Source of the DNA: an uncultured delta proteobacterium
GTDB taxonomy: Bacteria; Myxococcota_A; UBA9160; UBA4427
Assembly (NCBI GenBank): GCA_963822965.1
Contig: CAWGJT010000006.1
Span: 832,001 to 896,000 of the forward strand
DNA: 64,000 nt
Reading direction: 5' to 3'
Of the stretch, positions 1 to 10,511 are shown piece after piece (position 1 is the stretch's first letter; each line of letters starts with the position of its first letter). The position numbers were made by a program, and so were the translations under genes. The notes beneath the pieces are model-generated. The model made no database searches, was not told where the DNA came from, and saw only the letters and a list, made by a program, of their open reading frames with translations.

Positions 1-57
1 CGGAGCTGAACGCGCCACCGGGCGCGGGCTCGGAGAAGGTTCGGAGGCAGAAGCCCG

Positions 58-1749
58 ATGGGAGTCCGCGAGGAAGTCACGCAGCAGCTCACCGGCCCCG
101 GCGGTCCGTTCGAGATCGTCGCTCGAGGAGGTGCTGGGGGAGCGCGCTGCCCGTCCTCGCGAAGCGGCCGCGTTCGCTGCGGGAGATGCTCGCGGCCTCC
201 GCCGCCCACGGCGACAAGGAGTACCTGGTCCACGGCGAGCGCCGCGATCACCTACGCCGAGCACGTGGGGCGGGTCGCGTCGACCGCGGCGGCGCTGCAG
301 GAGCGCTACGGGGTCGGGCAAGGGCGACGTGGTGGCGATCCTGGCCGCGAACTCACCGGACTGGCCGATCTTCTTCTGGGCCACGGTGAGCCTGGGCGCC
401 GTGGTGGCCTCGATGAACGGCTGGTGGACGGCGGACGAGATCCGCTACGCGCTGCAGCGCACGACCCCGAAGCTGCTCGTCGGCCGATCGCCGCCGACTG
501 GAGCGGGTGCCCGAGCGGACCTGGGCGTTCCCGCTCCTCGAGCTCGAATCCGAGCGCGACGCCGTGCAGCGGCCACGCCCCCGGCCGCGCGCTTCCCGAC
601 GTTCCCATCGACGAGGACGATCCGGCCGTCATCCTCTTCACCAGCGGCACCACCGGACGACCCAAGGGCGCCGTCTCCACCCATCGCGGAATCATCGGCT
701 TCGTGCAGGTGAACATCGTGGGGGGCGCCATCGCCGCCGTCGTCGCCGCGCGCGAGGGAACCGCGTCGCCGCCCGATCCGAACCCGCCCGCCCAGGACGC
801 GTCCCTGGTGACGGCGCCGATGTTCCACCTCTCCGGCCTCTACGCGAACATCGTGATGCAGCTCCATTTCGGCGGAAAGCTCGTCACCCGCGAGGGTCGC
901 TTCGACCCGGGCGAGGTGCTGCGCCTCATCGAGGCCGAGAAGATCACCCTGTGGAGCGCGCTCGGCGCCATGGGGCCGCGGGTCGCCGGTCATCCGGACG
1001 TCCGCCGCTACGACCTGTCGAGCATGCGCAACGTCGGCTTCGGCGGCGCCCCCGCCAGCCCGGCGATCCAGGAGCTGATGCGCCAGACCTTCCCCAGCGC
1101 CGCGCAGAACGTCGGCATCGGCTACGGCAGCAGCGAGACCGTCGCGGTGGTGTCCTCGATCCGGGGTCCCGAATACCGGAAGCATCCCGAGTCGGCCGGC
1201 CGCATCATGCCCATGCACGAGGTGGAGATCCGCGACCCCGAAGGCCGCCCCCTGCCGGAGGGCCGGGAGGGCGAGATCCACGTGCGCAGCGCCTACGTGA
1301 TGCGCGAGTACTGGGGCGACCCCGAAGCGAGCGCCCGCTCGCTCGGACCGCGCCGTTGGCTCGCCACCGGGGACGTGGGGCGCGTCGAGGACGGGCTCCT
1401 CTACATCAACTCCCGCGCCCGGGACATGATCCTGCGCAGCGCCGAGAACGTCTATCCGATCGAGATCGAGTACCGGCTCGACGAGCACCCCGACGTGCGC
1501 GAGTCCGCGGTGGTGGGCGTCGACCACCCGGACCTGGGCCAGGAGGTGAAGGCGATCGTCGTGCCCGAGCCGGGCCGGACGCCGGACCCCGAGAAGCTCG
1601 AGGCCTGGTGTGCGGAGACCCTCGCCGCCTTCAAGGTGCCGAGCCTGTGGGAGATCCGCGCCGAGCCCCTCCCCCGCAACGCATCGGGCAAGATCTTGAA
1701 GAACGTGCTCACCGGCGAGGCGGAGTCCGCACAGATCGAGGACGAGTGA
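58..1749 (+). CDS. AMP-binding acyl-CoA synthetase (class I adenylate-forming enzyme); N-terminal ~170 codons broken by several frameshifts
   Basis: Motifs ILFTSGTTGRPKG, GYGSSET, ATGD and PRNASGKILK. The natural N-terminal sequence is spread over three frames (MLAASAAHGDKEYLV / ITYAEHVGRV / KGDVVAILAANSPDW). Confidence 0.9.
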   Translation: MGVREEVTQQLTGPGGPFEIVARGGAGGARCPSSRSGRVRCGRCSRPPPPTATRSTWSTASAAITYAEHVGRVASTAAALQERYGVGQGRRGGDPGRELTGLADLLLGHGEPGRRGGLDERLVDGGRDPLRAAAHDPEAARRPIAADWSGCPSGPGRSRSSSSNPSATPCSGHAPGRALPDVPIDEDDPAVILFTSGTTGRPKGAVSTHRGIIGFVQVNIVGGAIAAVVAAREGTASPPDPNPPAQDASLVTAPMFHLSGLYANIVMQLHFGGKLVTREGRFDPGEVLRLIEAEKITLWSALGAMGPRVAGHPDVRRYDLSSMRNVGFGGAPASPAIQELMRQTFPSAAQNVGIGYGSSETVAVVSSIRGPEYRKHPESAGRIMPMHEVEIRDPEGRPLPEGREGEIHVRSAYVMREYWGDPEASARSLGPRRWLATGDVGRVEDGLLYINSRARDMILRSAENVYPIEIEYRLDEHPDVRESAVVGVDHPDLGQEVKAIVVPEPGRTPDPEKLEAWCAETLAAFKVPSLWEIRAEPLPRNASGKILKNVLTGEAESAQIEDE

Positions 1750-1883
1750 GCCAGGCGATCGCTGCGGCGATCCCGTGCCTCGACAGAAGCGGTCGCGACC
1801 CGCGCGACGCCGCCCCGACGAGACGAGGTGCGGTCGGGCCCACCGCCCTTGCCCCGCCGCGAGAAGCCTCGCAATCTTCGCGC

Positions 1884-4004
1884 ATGGCATCGTCGGACGG
1901 ACGACCCCCGGGCGGGCGCCCCGAGCGGATCGAGCAGCGGGAATCCCAGGACTCCGAGCGCTTCCGGGCCCTGACGGACCACGCCACGGAGCTGGTGGCC
2001 GAGTTCGACGAGAACGGCCGCTACCTCTACGCGAGCCCCAGCTTCCAGGCCCTGCTGGGGATCGATCCGGCGGAGCTCGTGGGCACCGTCCCGCGAGACC
2101 TGATCCACCCCGACGACCGCGATCGCACGACCGAGCGCTTCGCAGCCGCCGTCGGCGGCGAGAGCGAGTCGCACTCGGTCCACCGCCTTCGGCACCGCGA
2201 CGGCAGCTGGCGCTGGTTCGAGAACACCGGCCGCGCCTATCGCACCCAGCGCGGCGAGCTGCGCTTCGTGTCCCTGGGACGCGACATCACCGAGCGCAAG
2301 CAGGCCGAGGACAACCTGTCCCGCAAGCTCACGGCCGACCAGAAGCTGCTGCAGCTCTCGCGCCACCTCCTCTCCGTCGGGGCGCGACAGCTCGAGAAGG
2401 AGCTGGTGGGGTCGCTGTCCGTGGCCGGCGAGCTCTCGGACGCGGACCGGGTCTATCTGGTCGCCCTGCGGGCGGCGCCCGACGAACGCGCCGACGTGTA
2501 CCAGTGGAGCGACGACGACGGTCCGCCCGCGCGGCTCGAGGACCTCCCGTGGCTGATGGAGGAGATCCGCGCCGGACGCGTGGTCCACTGGGGCGACGCC
2601 GCGGAGCTGCCGGCCCTCGCGAGTCGAGACCGCGAAGAGCTCGCGAGGCGCGGGGTTGGCAGCCTGCTGGGCCTGCCCCTGCGGGCGGGCCAGCACCGCA
2701 TCGGCATGCTCTGCTTCGAGCGCGTGCGGGACGCCCGGCCTTTCACGGCCGACGAAGTGACCTTGCTCAGCCTCGCCGCGGATGTCTTCGCCGGCTCGAT
2801 CGATCGGCTGCGCACCGAGAGCGCCCTCGAGGAGAGTCGCCTGCAGCTCACCCACGCGCAGAAGATGGAGGCCGTCGGGCGCCTCGCCGGAGGCATCGCC
2901 CACGACTTCAACAACCTGCTGATGGTGATCGGCGGCTTCAGCGCGAGCCTCGCTCGCGAGCTGCCTCCCGATCATCCCGCCCGGGGCGACGCCCGCGAGA
3001 TCGAGCACGCGGTGGAGCGGGCCGCCAAGCTCACCGAGCAGCTGCTCACCCTGAGCCGACGCCAGGTGGTCGACGCCCGCCCCGTCGACCTGAACACCCT
3101 CGTCCGGGGCATGCGGGAGATCCTGAGCCGGCTGCTGGGCGAAGACCTGAGCCTGGAGGTGCAACCGGAGCCCCGGCTGCCGGCGGTGCGGGTGGACACC
3201 GGGCAGTTCGAGCAGGCGCTCGTGAACCTCGCGATGAACGCCCGCAACGCCATGACGACCGGCGGCTCCCTGCTCGTCTCGACCCACACGCGGCGCCTGG
3301 ACGACGCGGAGGCCTACGGCATCGGCCTTACGGGCGGGGGGGACTACGTGATCCTGGGGGTGCGGGACACCGGCTGCGGGATGGACGCGGCCACCCAGTC
3401 GCGGGTGTTCGAGCCGTTCTTCACCACGCGCGAGCCCGGTCAGGGCACGGGTCTGGGGCTCTCGATCGTCTACGGGCTCGTACAGCAGTGGAACGGCGCG
3501 ATCAACCTCTGGAGCCGCCCCGGTCAGGGCGCGATGTTCCGGATCTACCTTCCCGCGGTGGCGGACGAGCCCCAGGCTCCGCTGCACCGGGAGACGCGCA
3601 GCGGGCCGCCGGGCAGCGAGACCGTCCTGCTGGTGGAGGACGAGGCCCCGGTGCGCAGGCTGCTGCGCCGTGTCCTCACCCAGCAGGGTTATCGCGTGTT
3701 CGAGGCCCGGGACGGCGTCGAGGCGCTGGAGGTCTGGGGCGCACGCACCGGCGAGATCGACCTGCTCGTGACCGACGTCGTGATGCCGCGCATGGGCGGC
3801 GTGGCCCTGGCGCGCCGGCTCCGCGCCGAGCAGCCAGGGCTCCCGGTGCTCTTCGTCTCGGGACATCCCGAGGAGCGGACGGCGGGCCGCACGCCGGAGA
3901 TCGTGACGGGCCACTTCCTGCAGAAGCCCTGCTCGAGCCGGGATCTGCTCGCGAAGATGCGGGAGATCCTCGACGCCGGAACGGACGACGGCTCGCTAGA
4001 ATGA
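1884..4004 (+). CDS. PAS-GAF hybrid sensor histidine kinase with receiver domain
   Basis: PAS/PAC ([22 protein letters not shown]), GAF, H-box [25 protein letters not shown], receiver LLVEDE...[12 protein letters not shown] at 1884 inside track ORF 507..4004. Confidence 0.93.
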   Translation: MASSDGRPPGGRPERIEQRESQDSERFRALTDHATELVAEFDENGRYLYASPSFQALLGIDPAELVGTVPRDLIHPDDRDRTTERFAAAVGGESESHSVHRLRHRDGSWRWFENTGRAYRTQRGELRFVSLGRDITERKQAEDNLSRKLTADQKLLQLSRHLLSVGARQLEKELVGSLSVAGELSDADRVYLVALRAAPDERADVYQWSDDDGPPARLEDLPWLMEEIRAGRVVHWGDAAELPALASRDREELARRGVGSLLGLPLRAGQHRIGMLCFERVRDARPFTADEVTLLSLAADVFAGSIDRLRTESALEESRLQLTHAQKMEAVGRLAGGIAHDFNNLLMVIGGFSASLARELPPDHPARGDAREIEHAVERAAKLTEQLLTLSRRQVVDARPVDLNTLVRGMREILSRLLGEDLSLEVQPEPRLPAVRVDTGQFEQALVNLAMNARNAMTTGGSLLVSTHTRRLDDAEAYGIGLTGGGDYVILGVRDTGCGMDAATQSRVFEPFFTTREPGQGTGLGLSIVYGLVQQWNGAINLWSRPGQGAMFRIYLPAVADEPQAPLHRETRSGPPGSETVLLVEDEAPVRRLLRRVLTQQGYRVFEARDGVEALEVWGARTGEIDLLVTDVVMPRMGGVALARRLRAEQPGLPVLFVSGHPEERTAGRTPEIVTGHFLQKPCSSRDLLAKMREILDAGTDDGSLE

Positions 4005-4069
4005 GCGACCCCGGCCGGACGCGACGGACGAGCCGGCCCGTCCCACCGCCGCCCGCGAGGAGACCCGCG

Positions 4070-5377
4070 ATGAGCGAAGCCCCCGCCTCCCGCGCCAGGC
4101 TCGCGCGTACCCCGCTCGAGCGGGCGCCGCGACCGCAGCTCGGCGACGATCCGATTCCCAAGGAGCGCTACGTCTCGCCCGCGTTCATGCGGCGCGAGTG
4201 GGACCGGATGTGGACGCGCACCTGGCTGCTCGCCGCCCTCGAGAGCGACCTCCCGCTTCCGGGCGACTACGCGACCTTCGAGATCGGCCCGGAGTCGATC
4301 CTGATCGTCCGGCAGGCATCGGGCGAGATCGCGGCGCGCCACAACGTCTGCATGCATCGGGGCAACCGGCTGCGGGAGCCCGGGCTGGGCCACGCCAGCT
4401 CGTTCACCTGTCTCTACCACGGCTGGCGCTACGGAATCGACGGCAGCCTCGAGTACGCCCAGGACGCGGACACCTTCGCCCAGGGATGCCCCAAGGAGTC
4501 CCTCTCCCTGCGGCCGGTGCGCTGCGCGCGCTGGGGCGGCTTCGTCTTCGTCAACCTGGAGCCCGAGGCGGAGTCCCTGGAGGACTACCTCGGCGTCATC
4601 CCTCTGCACCTCGACCCCTACCACTTCGAGGAGATGAAGGTCCTGGACGACTGGACGGTGGCGGTCGACTGCAACTGGAAGACGTCCGTCGACGCGTTCA
4701 ACGAGGCGTACCACATCGCCGGCACCCACCCGGATACCCTCGACGTGAACGACGACGTGGACGTCCCGATCGACTGTTACGGGCGCCACTCCCGCATGTG
4801 GCTGAAGCTCGCTGTGGCGAGCCCCCGCCATCCGGAGCACGGGACCGTCACCGAGACGATCCGCGAGCACTTCCTCCGCACGGCGGGGATCGATCCCGCC
4901 ACCTTCACGGGCGGTGCCGGGGACGTGAGACCGGCCATCGCCCGGGCCGTGCGGGACGTGCAGGGTCCGGCCCTCGGCGCCGACTTCTCCGAGCTGCACG
5001 ACGCCCAGCTCGTCGACGACTTCCACTACACGCTCTTCCCGAACGTGACGCTCAACATCTTCGGCCGCAGCGCCTGGCTCTTCCGCCACCGTCCCCACCC
5101 GTCCGATCCCCACAAGATGCTGTTCGACTTCTTCAACCTGCTGCGGGCCCCGGCCGCCGACATCCCGCGGCCGGAGCACCTGGAGCTCACCCTCGACGAC
5201 GACTTCGATCGCGAGCCGGTGGGCGGCGGCGGCCGGCTCCTCGGGCAGGACTTCTACAACCTGCCGCGCATCCAGCGGGGCATGCGCTCGAGCGGATTTC
5301 GGGGGCTGCACCTGGGCGAGCAGGAGCTGCGCATCCGTCACTTCCACGGCGTCCTCGACGGCTACCTCGAGGACTGA
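4070..5377 (+). CDS. Rieske aromatic ring-hydroxylating oxygenase, alpha subunit
   Basis: Rieske CMHRG...CLYHGW and mononuclear-iron motif NWK...DAFNEAYHIAGTH. GAGGAG RBS precedes ATG 4070. Confidence 0.92.
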   Translation: MSEAPASRARLARTPLERAPRPQLGDDPIPKERYVSPAFMRREWDRMWTRTWLLAALESDLPLPGDYATFEIGPESILIVRQASGEIAARHNVCMHRGNRLREPGLGHASSFTCLYHGWRYGIDGSLEYAQDADTFAQGCPKESLSLRPVRCARWGGFVFVNLEPEAESLEDYLGVIPLHLDPYHFEEMKVLDDWTVAVDCNWKTSVDAFNEAYHIAGTHPDTLDVNDDVDVPIDCYGRHSRMWLKLAVASPRHPEHGTVTETIREHFLRTAGIDPATFTGGAGDVRPAIARAVRDVQGPALGADFSELHDAQLVDDFHYTLFPNVTLNIFGRSAWLFRHRPHPSDPHKMLFDFFNLLRAPAADIPRPEHLELTLDDDFDREPVGGGGRLLGQDFYNLPRIQRGMRSSGFRGLHLGEQELRIRHFHGVLDGYLED

Positions 5378-5379
5378 GC

Positions 5380-5691
5380 TTGCCCGGCCGTCGCGTTCCC
5401 CTGGACGTGTCCGGTCTACGGCCGGGAGCGACCCGCGTGGTGCGCGCCGGCGACGACGAGCTACTCGTCTGCAACGTCGAGGGCCGGATCCATGCGTTTC
5501 GGAACCGCTGCCCCCACCAGGACTTCGCACTCTCGGACGCCCGGCTGCGGGGCCACCTCATCGAGTGCTCCCTCCACGGAGGGCGCTTCGACGTGCGCGA
5601 CGGCCGGGCAGTTCGGGCTCCCACCCGCGCGTCCCTGGTCACGTACCCGGTCCACCCGACGCCCGACGGGGGCTTCGAGGTGGAGCTCTGA
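5380..5691 (+). CDS. Rieske [2Fe-2S] ferredoxin
   Basis: CPHQ...CSLHG motif, about 100 aa, directly after the oxygenase; TTG start inferred. Confidence 0.85.
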   Translation: MPGRRVPLDVSGLRPGATRVVRAGDDELLVCNVEGRIHAFRNRCPHQDFALSDARLRGHLIECSLHGGRFDVRDGRAVRAPTRASLVTYPVHPTPDGGFEVEL

Positions 5692-5818
5692 CCCCGGCGG
5701 GCTCCCCGGGGAAAGATCCGCTCCCGGCCCCCGGCGATGACATTCCCGACCGCCGGCGACCACTCCTCCGGTACGAGCTGACGAGCCGTCACATTCCGGA
5801 CCGACGGGAGGAGTGTCC

Positions 5819-8800
5819 GTGGCGAACGAGCCGCAGCGCAACCCCAGGCGAGCCGCCAGGCGCAATGCCAGGCACCGGCCGTATCCTCTCCGCCGGCAGC
5901 TGGCGGGCCTGCTGCTGCTGCTCGCCGCCCCGATCGCGGCTCCGGGCGCCGGCGCCCAGGACTCGGGCCTGCTGCTGTACGGCACCGAGGGCAACCGCCT
6001 GCGTCGCTACGACGTCGACAGCATCGGCAGCGGCCGCCTCGTCGAGGAGATCCTGGTGGAGCGCGCGAGCGCCGGCGAGCTCGCGAGCCCGAGCGGTCCG
6101 GGGCGCGACATCAACGGACAGATCTGCCGGTTCCCCGACGGCAGCGGGCGCTTCGTGGCGGGGGAGGACTCGAACCAGCCGAACCCGCGGCCGGGCTGGG
6201 GAATCTTCGCGGCCGACGGCCACCAGGTGGGCAAGCTGTCGGCCACCTACCAGGTGGCGGGCGCCGAGCCCCATGGCTGCGCGTTCGATCCCACGACCGG
6301 CATCCTGTTCACCACCTCGGTGGGCGAGCAGGGCTTCGGCACGGCTTCGGGTCAGCTCATCCTGTGGTTCCCACCGTACGAGGGATACCCGGGTCCACCC
6401 GGCGCCTATCCCGACCAGAATCCGATCAGCAGCAACTTCTGCAAGCTCGCCATCGACATCGGCACGGCCGGTAGCGTGCTCGTCGATCCCACCGGTCGCG
6501 TGCTGGTCGCCGCATCGGGCGCGCTGCGGGTGTTGCGCTTCAATCCGCCCTTCCCCAGCTCGCCGGACGCCGCGGGCGGCTGCGGCGCGACGGATCCCCA
6601 GGGCTCGCCGATGGTCGACGCCTCGATCACCGAGCGCACGGCCGGCGAGACGCCTTACCGCGAAGACAGCCTCCTCGGGCCCGGCGGCAACATGCTGACG
6701 CCGTCCGGCCTGGCGCTGTCGCCCCAGGGCACCCTCTATGCGGGCAGCGTGCTCACGGGCGTCATCAACGAGTACGACCTGGAGACGGGCGCCTTCCTGC
6801 GCCAGCTGATCGACGTGCAGCCGCCGCTCGTGCTGCCCACTCCCTACGGCAATCCCCAGGGCATCGCGGTGGGCGAAGACGGCACGGTGTACTACGCCGA
6901 CCTGTCCCTCGTCGGCAGCCTGAGCGATCCCACCGGCATCGGCCCCGGCCCCAACGGCAAGGTGTGGCGGGTTCGATTCGACGAGCAGGGGGATCCCCTC
7001 GAGCCCGAGAGGGTCCGCGACGGGCTCTCGTTTCCCGACGGCGTGGCGCTCTTCCCGGGCAACCTCCAGCGCGGCGAGTGGCTCACGTTCGCCGGCGGGC
7101 CGGCCCGCCGCTTCGACAACCCGAACGAGTCCGTGATCACCGGCGGCAACGTCGACGAGCTGGCCGTCCGCTGGAAGATCCCGGTGGACAAGGTCATCAC
7201 CGCCTCGCCCTCGGTGGCGGCCGTCGACCTGCCCGGCGAAGGGCTCACCTCCCTCGTCTTCTTCCAGTCCTGGGACCTCTCGATCTACGCGGCGCGGGTC
7301 TCCGACGGCAGCCTCGTCTGGCGCTTCGAGACCGAAGACCAGCCCGGCGCCGCATTTCCGAGCACCGCCTCCGTGCACGTCCAGAAGCTTGCGAACCGCG
7401 AGCGGGTCTTCGTCGGTCAGGGCCACAACCTCTACTCCCTCGACGCCGCCACGGGCGAGGAGATCTGGCGCTTCACGGCGGGCACGGGCTGCGGCTACGA
7501 CGACGGCGGCCCGCCCGGGCTCTGCGGCTTCGACGGCGAGCGCAACCAGATCGAGTCGAGCGCCATCGTGGCGGACGGCAAGGTCTTCTTCGGCATGGAC
7601 GTGAACGACGTCGCCACGGGCAAGGGCGGATTCTTCGCGGTCGACGCCCTCGACGGCCGCCTCGCCTGGTTCTTCGATCTCGAGAGCGGCATGACCTGCC
7701 GGCCCGATCCGGGGGACGAGATCCGCCGGTACGACGGCTACCACAGCGAGGCGGAGCTCGGCCTCCCCGCCGGCTTCTTCGCCACCCGCGCAGGCTGCAG
7801 CCACCCGCGCTCGGCGAACGGCTGTGGCAACGTGTGGTCGTCCCCAGCCTGGGACCCCGCCCGCGGCGCGCTCTTCTTCGCCTCCAGCAACTGCGACACC
7901 CCGATCGACGGCGCCAGCGGCGATCCCGAGCCGATGCCGCCGTTCGACGAGTCGATCGTCTCCCTCGACCTCGACGGCAACGTGCGCTGGGCGTGGCGTC
8001 CGCGGGAGTTCGACAACGACGACCTCGCCTTCGGCGGCGCGCCGAACCTGTTCCGCATCGAGGTACCGATCGACTCCGTGGCGACGCTCGTGGACGCCGT
8101 GGGCGTCGGCTCGAAGGACGGGACCTACTACGTGCTCGACCGCGACGGCGCGAACCAGGTGACGGGCGCCGCGTGGCACGACGATCCTGCGACGCACCTG
8201 CCAGCCGGTCTTCCCTACTGGGCGACGAAGGTGGTCGACGGCGGCAGCATCGGCGGCATCCTCTCCACCGCCGCAGTCGACGAGGTGAACGGGCGTATCC
8301 ACTTCAGCACCGCCCCCGGCGAGAGCGGGGCGAACTCGCCTCCGGCGGCGCCCCAGGTACCCACCGTGCACGCCCTCGACATGGATACCGGCGCGGTCCT
8401 GTGGCAGAACGCCGGCGAGACGCCGCCGCTCGCGAGCTTCTCGTCCATGAGCCGCATTCCGGGCGTCGTCTTCGCGGGCTCCTCGGTGGGCGCCAAGCTG
8501 CGCGCCTACTTCGTCGGCACGGGCTTCAAGCTGGCCGAGCTCGACCTGCAGAACTTCGGCCTCGGCTCCACGCCCGTGGTCGTCGACGGCACGCTCTTCG
8601 TGGGCGGCGGGATCGGCACGCGCACGCTGACCGGCAGCGGCATCAGCGACGTCGTCGCGAGCTTCCCGTCGGCGCTCACCGCCCTCTGCATCCCGGGCAC
8701 GTCGGGCTGCGCCGCCTGCAACGACGGCGCCGACAACGACGGTGACGGCGAGGTGGACGCCGCCGACGCGGGCTGCACGGCCCCGGGCGACGACTCCGAA

Positions 8801-9117
8801 GTGGCCGGAGACGTGAACGGCGACGGCACGGTCGACGAGCGCGACGAGCGCCGCTTCCTGGCGGGCTTCGGACACTCGGCGGGCCAGGTGGGCTACGCGA
8901 TCGGCGCCGACCTCGATCCGCCCGGCGCCCCGGACGGCGTCGTGGGCCTGGTGGACTACCAGCGCTGGCTGGCGGCGCGCGACGCCTTCGAGGCGGCGTC
9001 GGGAGCCGGCGCCGCCGTCCCCCCACCCCCGTCTGCGGCCTCGTGGGCCCCGAGGCGCTGCTCGCCTGGGCCCTGGCGGCGGGGATGGCGCGACGCCGGA
9101 TCCGGAGGAGAAGATGA
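5819..9117 (+). CDS. Large secreted protein: signal peptide, NHL/SMP-30-like propeller, PQQ-type beta-propeller, dockerin-like domain and C-terminal CGLVGPE-TM-basic tail (needs one extra C in the run at 9019-9024)
   Basis: GGAGGAG RBS with GTG 5819; signal [20 protein letters not shown]-type repeats ([19 protein letters not shown]); [10 protein letters not shown]...DGVVGLVDY. The corrected frame ends at a TGA overlapping the next ATG (ATGA 9114-9117). Confidence 0.8.
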
Positions 9118-9698
9118 CGACAGTCTGCAGGCTGCTGGTCGGAGCCGCCCTCGCCGCGGGGATCGTCTCGCTGGCCCCCGCGGCCCGGGCGCTCACCACC
9201 CTGCGCATCGAGCCCGGCGCGGGAGCCTCGGTGGTGGACGGCGTGCTCGAGGTGCGCGAGGGCCGCAGCGCGAGCGTGGACGTCTTCGCCACCATCGACT
9301 CCGCCACGCCGATCATCGGATTCGGCCTGGATCTGGACCACGACGACCTGCTGCTCGGCGCCAGCCCCGCCGCCGTGGGGAGTGCCTGGATCGAGGTCTT
9401 CTCGGCCGACGGGGACGGTCTGGCGGGGCTCGCCGCGCCCCCCGGCGTGAGCGGAGACGACGTGCTGCTGGCCAGCGTCGAAATCCTGGGCCTCACCCGC
9501 GGGCTCACGTCCCTCTCGCTCTCCGTCAGCGAGGACGACCCCAGCGAGGGCTTCGCGCTGCAGGCGGTGGGCGCCTTCGACGTGGTGGACTTCGGGAGCG
9601 CCCTGCCCGTGCTCGTCACCCCCGAGCCCGGCACCGGCGTGCTGCTGGGCGCAGCGCTGGCCGGCGTCGCGGGCTGGCGGCGCCGACGGCGGAGCTGA
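9114..9698 (+). CDS. PEP-CTERM sorting-domain protein with a cohesin-like beta-sandwich
   Basis: Signal peptide and C-terminal [26 protein letters not shown]. The cohesin-like fold is inferred from the pattern [11 protein letters not shown]...[10 protein letters not shown]. Confidence 0.82.
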   Translation: MTTVCRLLVGAALAAGIVSLAPAARALTTLRIEPGAGASVVDGVLEVREGRSASVDVFATIDSATPIIGFGLDLDHDDLLLGASPAAVGSAWIEVFSADGDGLAGLAAPPGVSGDDVLLASVEILGLTRGLTSLSLSVSEDDPSEGFALQAVGAFDVVDFGSALPVLVTPEPGTGVLLGAALAGVAGWRRRRRS

Positions 9699-9736
9699 CC
9701 CTGGCCCCGGGAACGCCGCCGGGCGAAGCTCCCGGC

Positions 9737-10504
9737 GTGTCCACCCACCGCGACTTCGAGCGGCTCGCCCGTCCGGGGGTGCGCGACTTCTACGCCCTGA
9801 ACCACGCACACCAGACCGTCGACTTCGTGCTGCAGAAGCGACGCGAGTTCCTGCCCCTGCGGCGACGGCGGATGGGGGTGTGGGAGGCCCTGCGCTACCT
9901 GGGCGAGCTCGTCGACGACAGCGACCCGGACCTCGAGCTGGCCCAGCTCGATCACGCGCTGCAGACCGCGGAATCGCTGCGCGCCGACGGACGCCCGCGT
10001 TGGCTCGTCCTCACCGGCTTCGTCCACGACCTCGGCAAGGTGCTCTGCCTCTTCGGCGAGCCCCAGTGGGCCGTGGTCGGGGACACGTTCCCGGTGGGCT
10101 GCGCGTTCTCGGACCGCATCGTCTTCCCCGAGCTCTTCGCCGCCAACCCGGACGCGGGCGACCCGCTCTACGCGAGCCGGTGTGGGCGCTACGCGCCGGG
10201 CTGCGGCCTCGACGCCGTGCTGCTCTCGTGGGGGCACGACGAGTATCTCTACCACGTGCTGCGCGACCATCTACCGGAAGAGGCGCTGGCCATCGTGCGC
10301 TATCACTCGTTCTACGCCGGGCACCGCGAGCGCGCCTACGAGTTCCTGATGAACGCAGACGACCGGCGCCTCTTCGAGCACGTGCGCGACTTCAACCACT
10401 ACGACCTCTACTCGAAGAGCGAGGCGCGGCCGGACTTCGAAGCGCTGCGCTCCTACTACGAGGACCTGGTGGCGGAGCAATTGCCCGCCGAGCTGCAGTG
10501 GTAG
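9737..10504 (+). CDS. myo-inositol oxygenase family protein (HD-domain di-iron)
   Basis: [65 protein letters not shown] start inferred. Confidence 0.9.
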   Translation: MSTHRDFERLARPGVRDFYALNHAHQTVDFVLQKRREFLPLRRRRMGVWEALRYLGELVDDSDPDLELAQLDHALQTAESLRADGRPRWLVLTGFVHDLGKVLCLFGEPQWAVVGDTFPVGCAFSDRIVFPELFAANPDAGDPLYASRCGRYAPGCGLDAVLLSWGHDEYLYHVLRDHLPEEALAIVRYHSFYAGHRERAYEFLMNADDRRLFEHVRDFNHYDLYSKSEARPDFEALRSYYEDLVAEQLPAELQW

Positions 10505-10511
10505 CGGTGCG

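Noticed and set aside
507..5691. Very long N-terminal extensions on the kinase, oxygenase and ferredoxin ORFs (likewise 14628, 39842, 63583)
   Set aside because: Arg/Pro/Gly-rich off-frame reading of neighbouring genes in GC-rich DNA; true starts lie downstream.
5789..10270. Long antisense ORFs (also 15912..18677, 54935..57898, 48535..50532 and others)
   Set aside because: Shadow ORFs opposite well-supported genes, with no recognisable motifs.
5813..10504. Apparent 1563-aa propeller-inositol oxygenase fusion ORF
   Set aside because: Artefact. A one-base frameshift at about 9020 lets the frame read through the PEP-CTERM gene as nonsense and into the separate MIOX gene.
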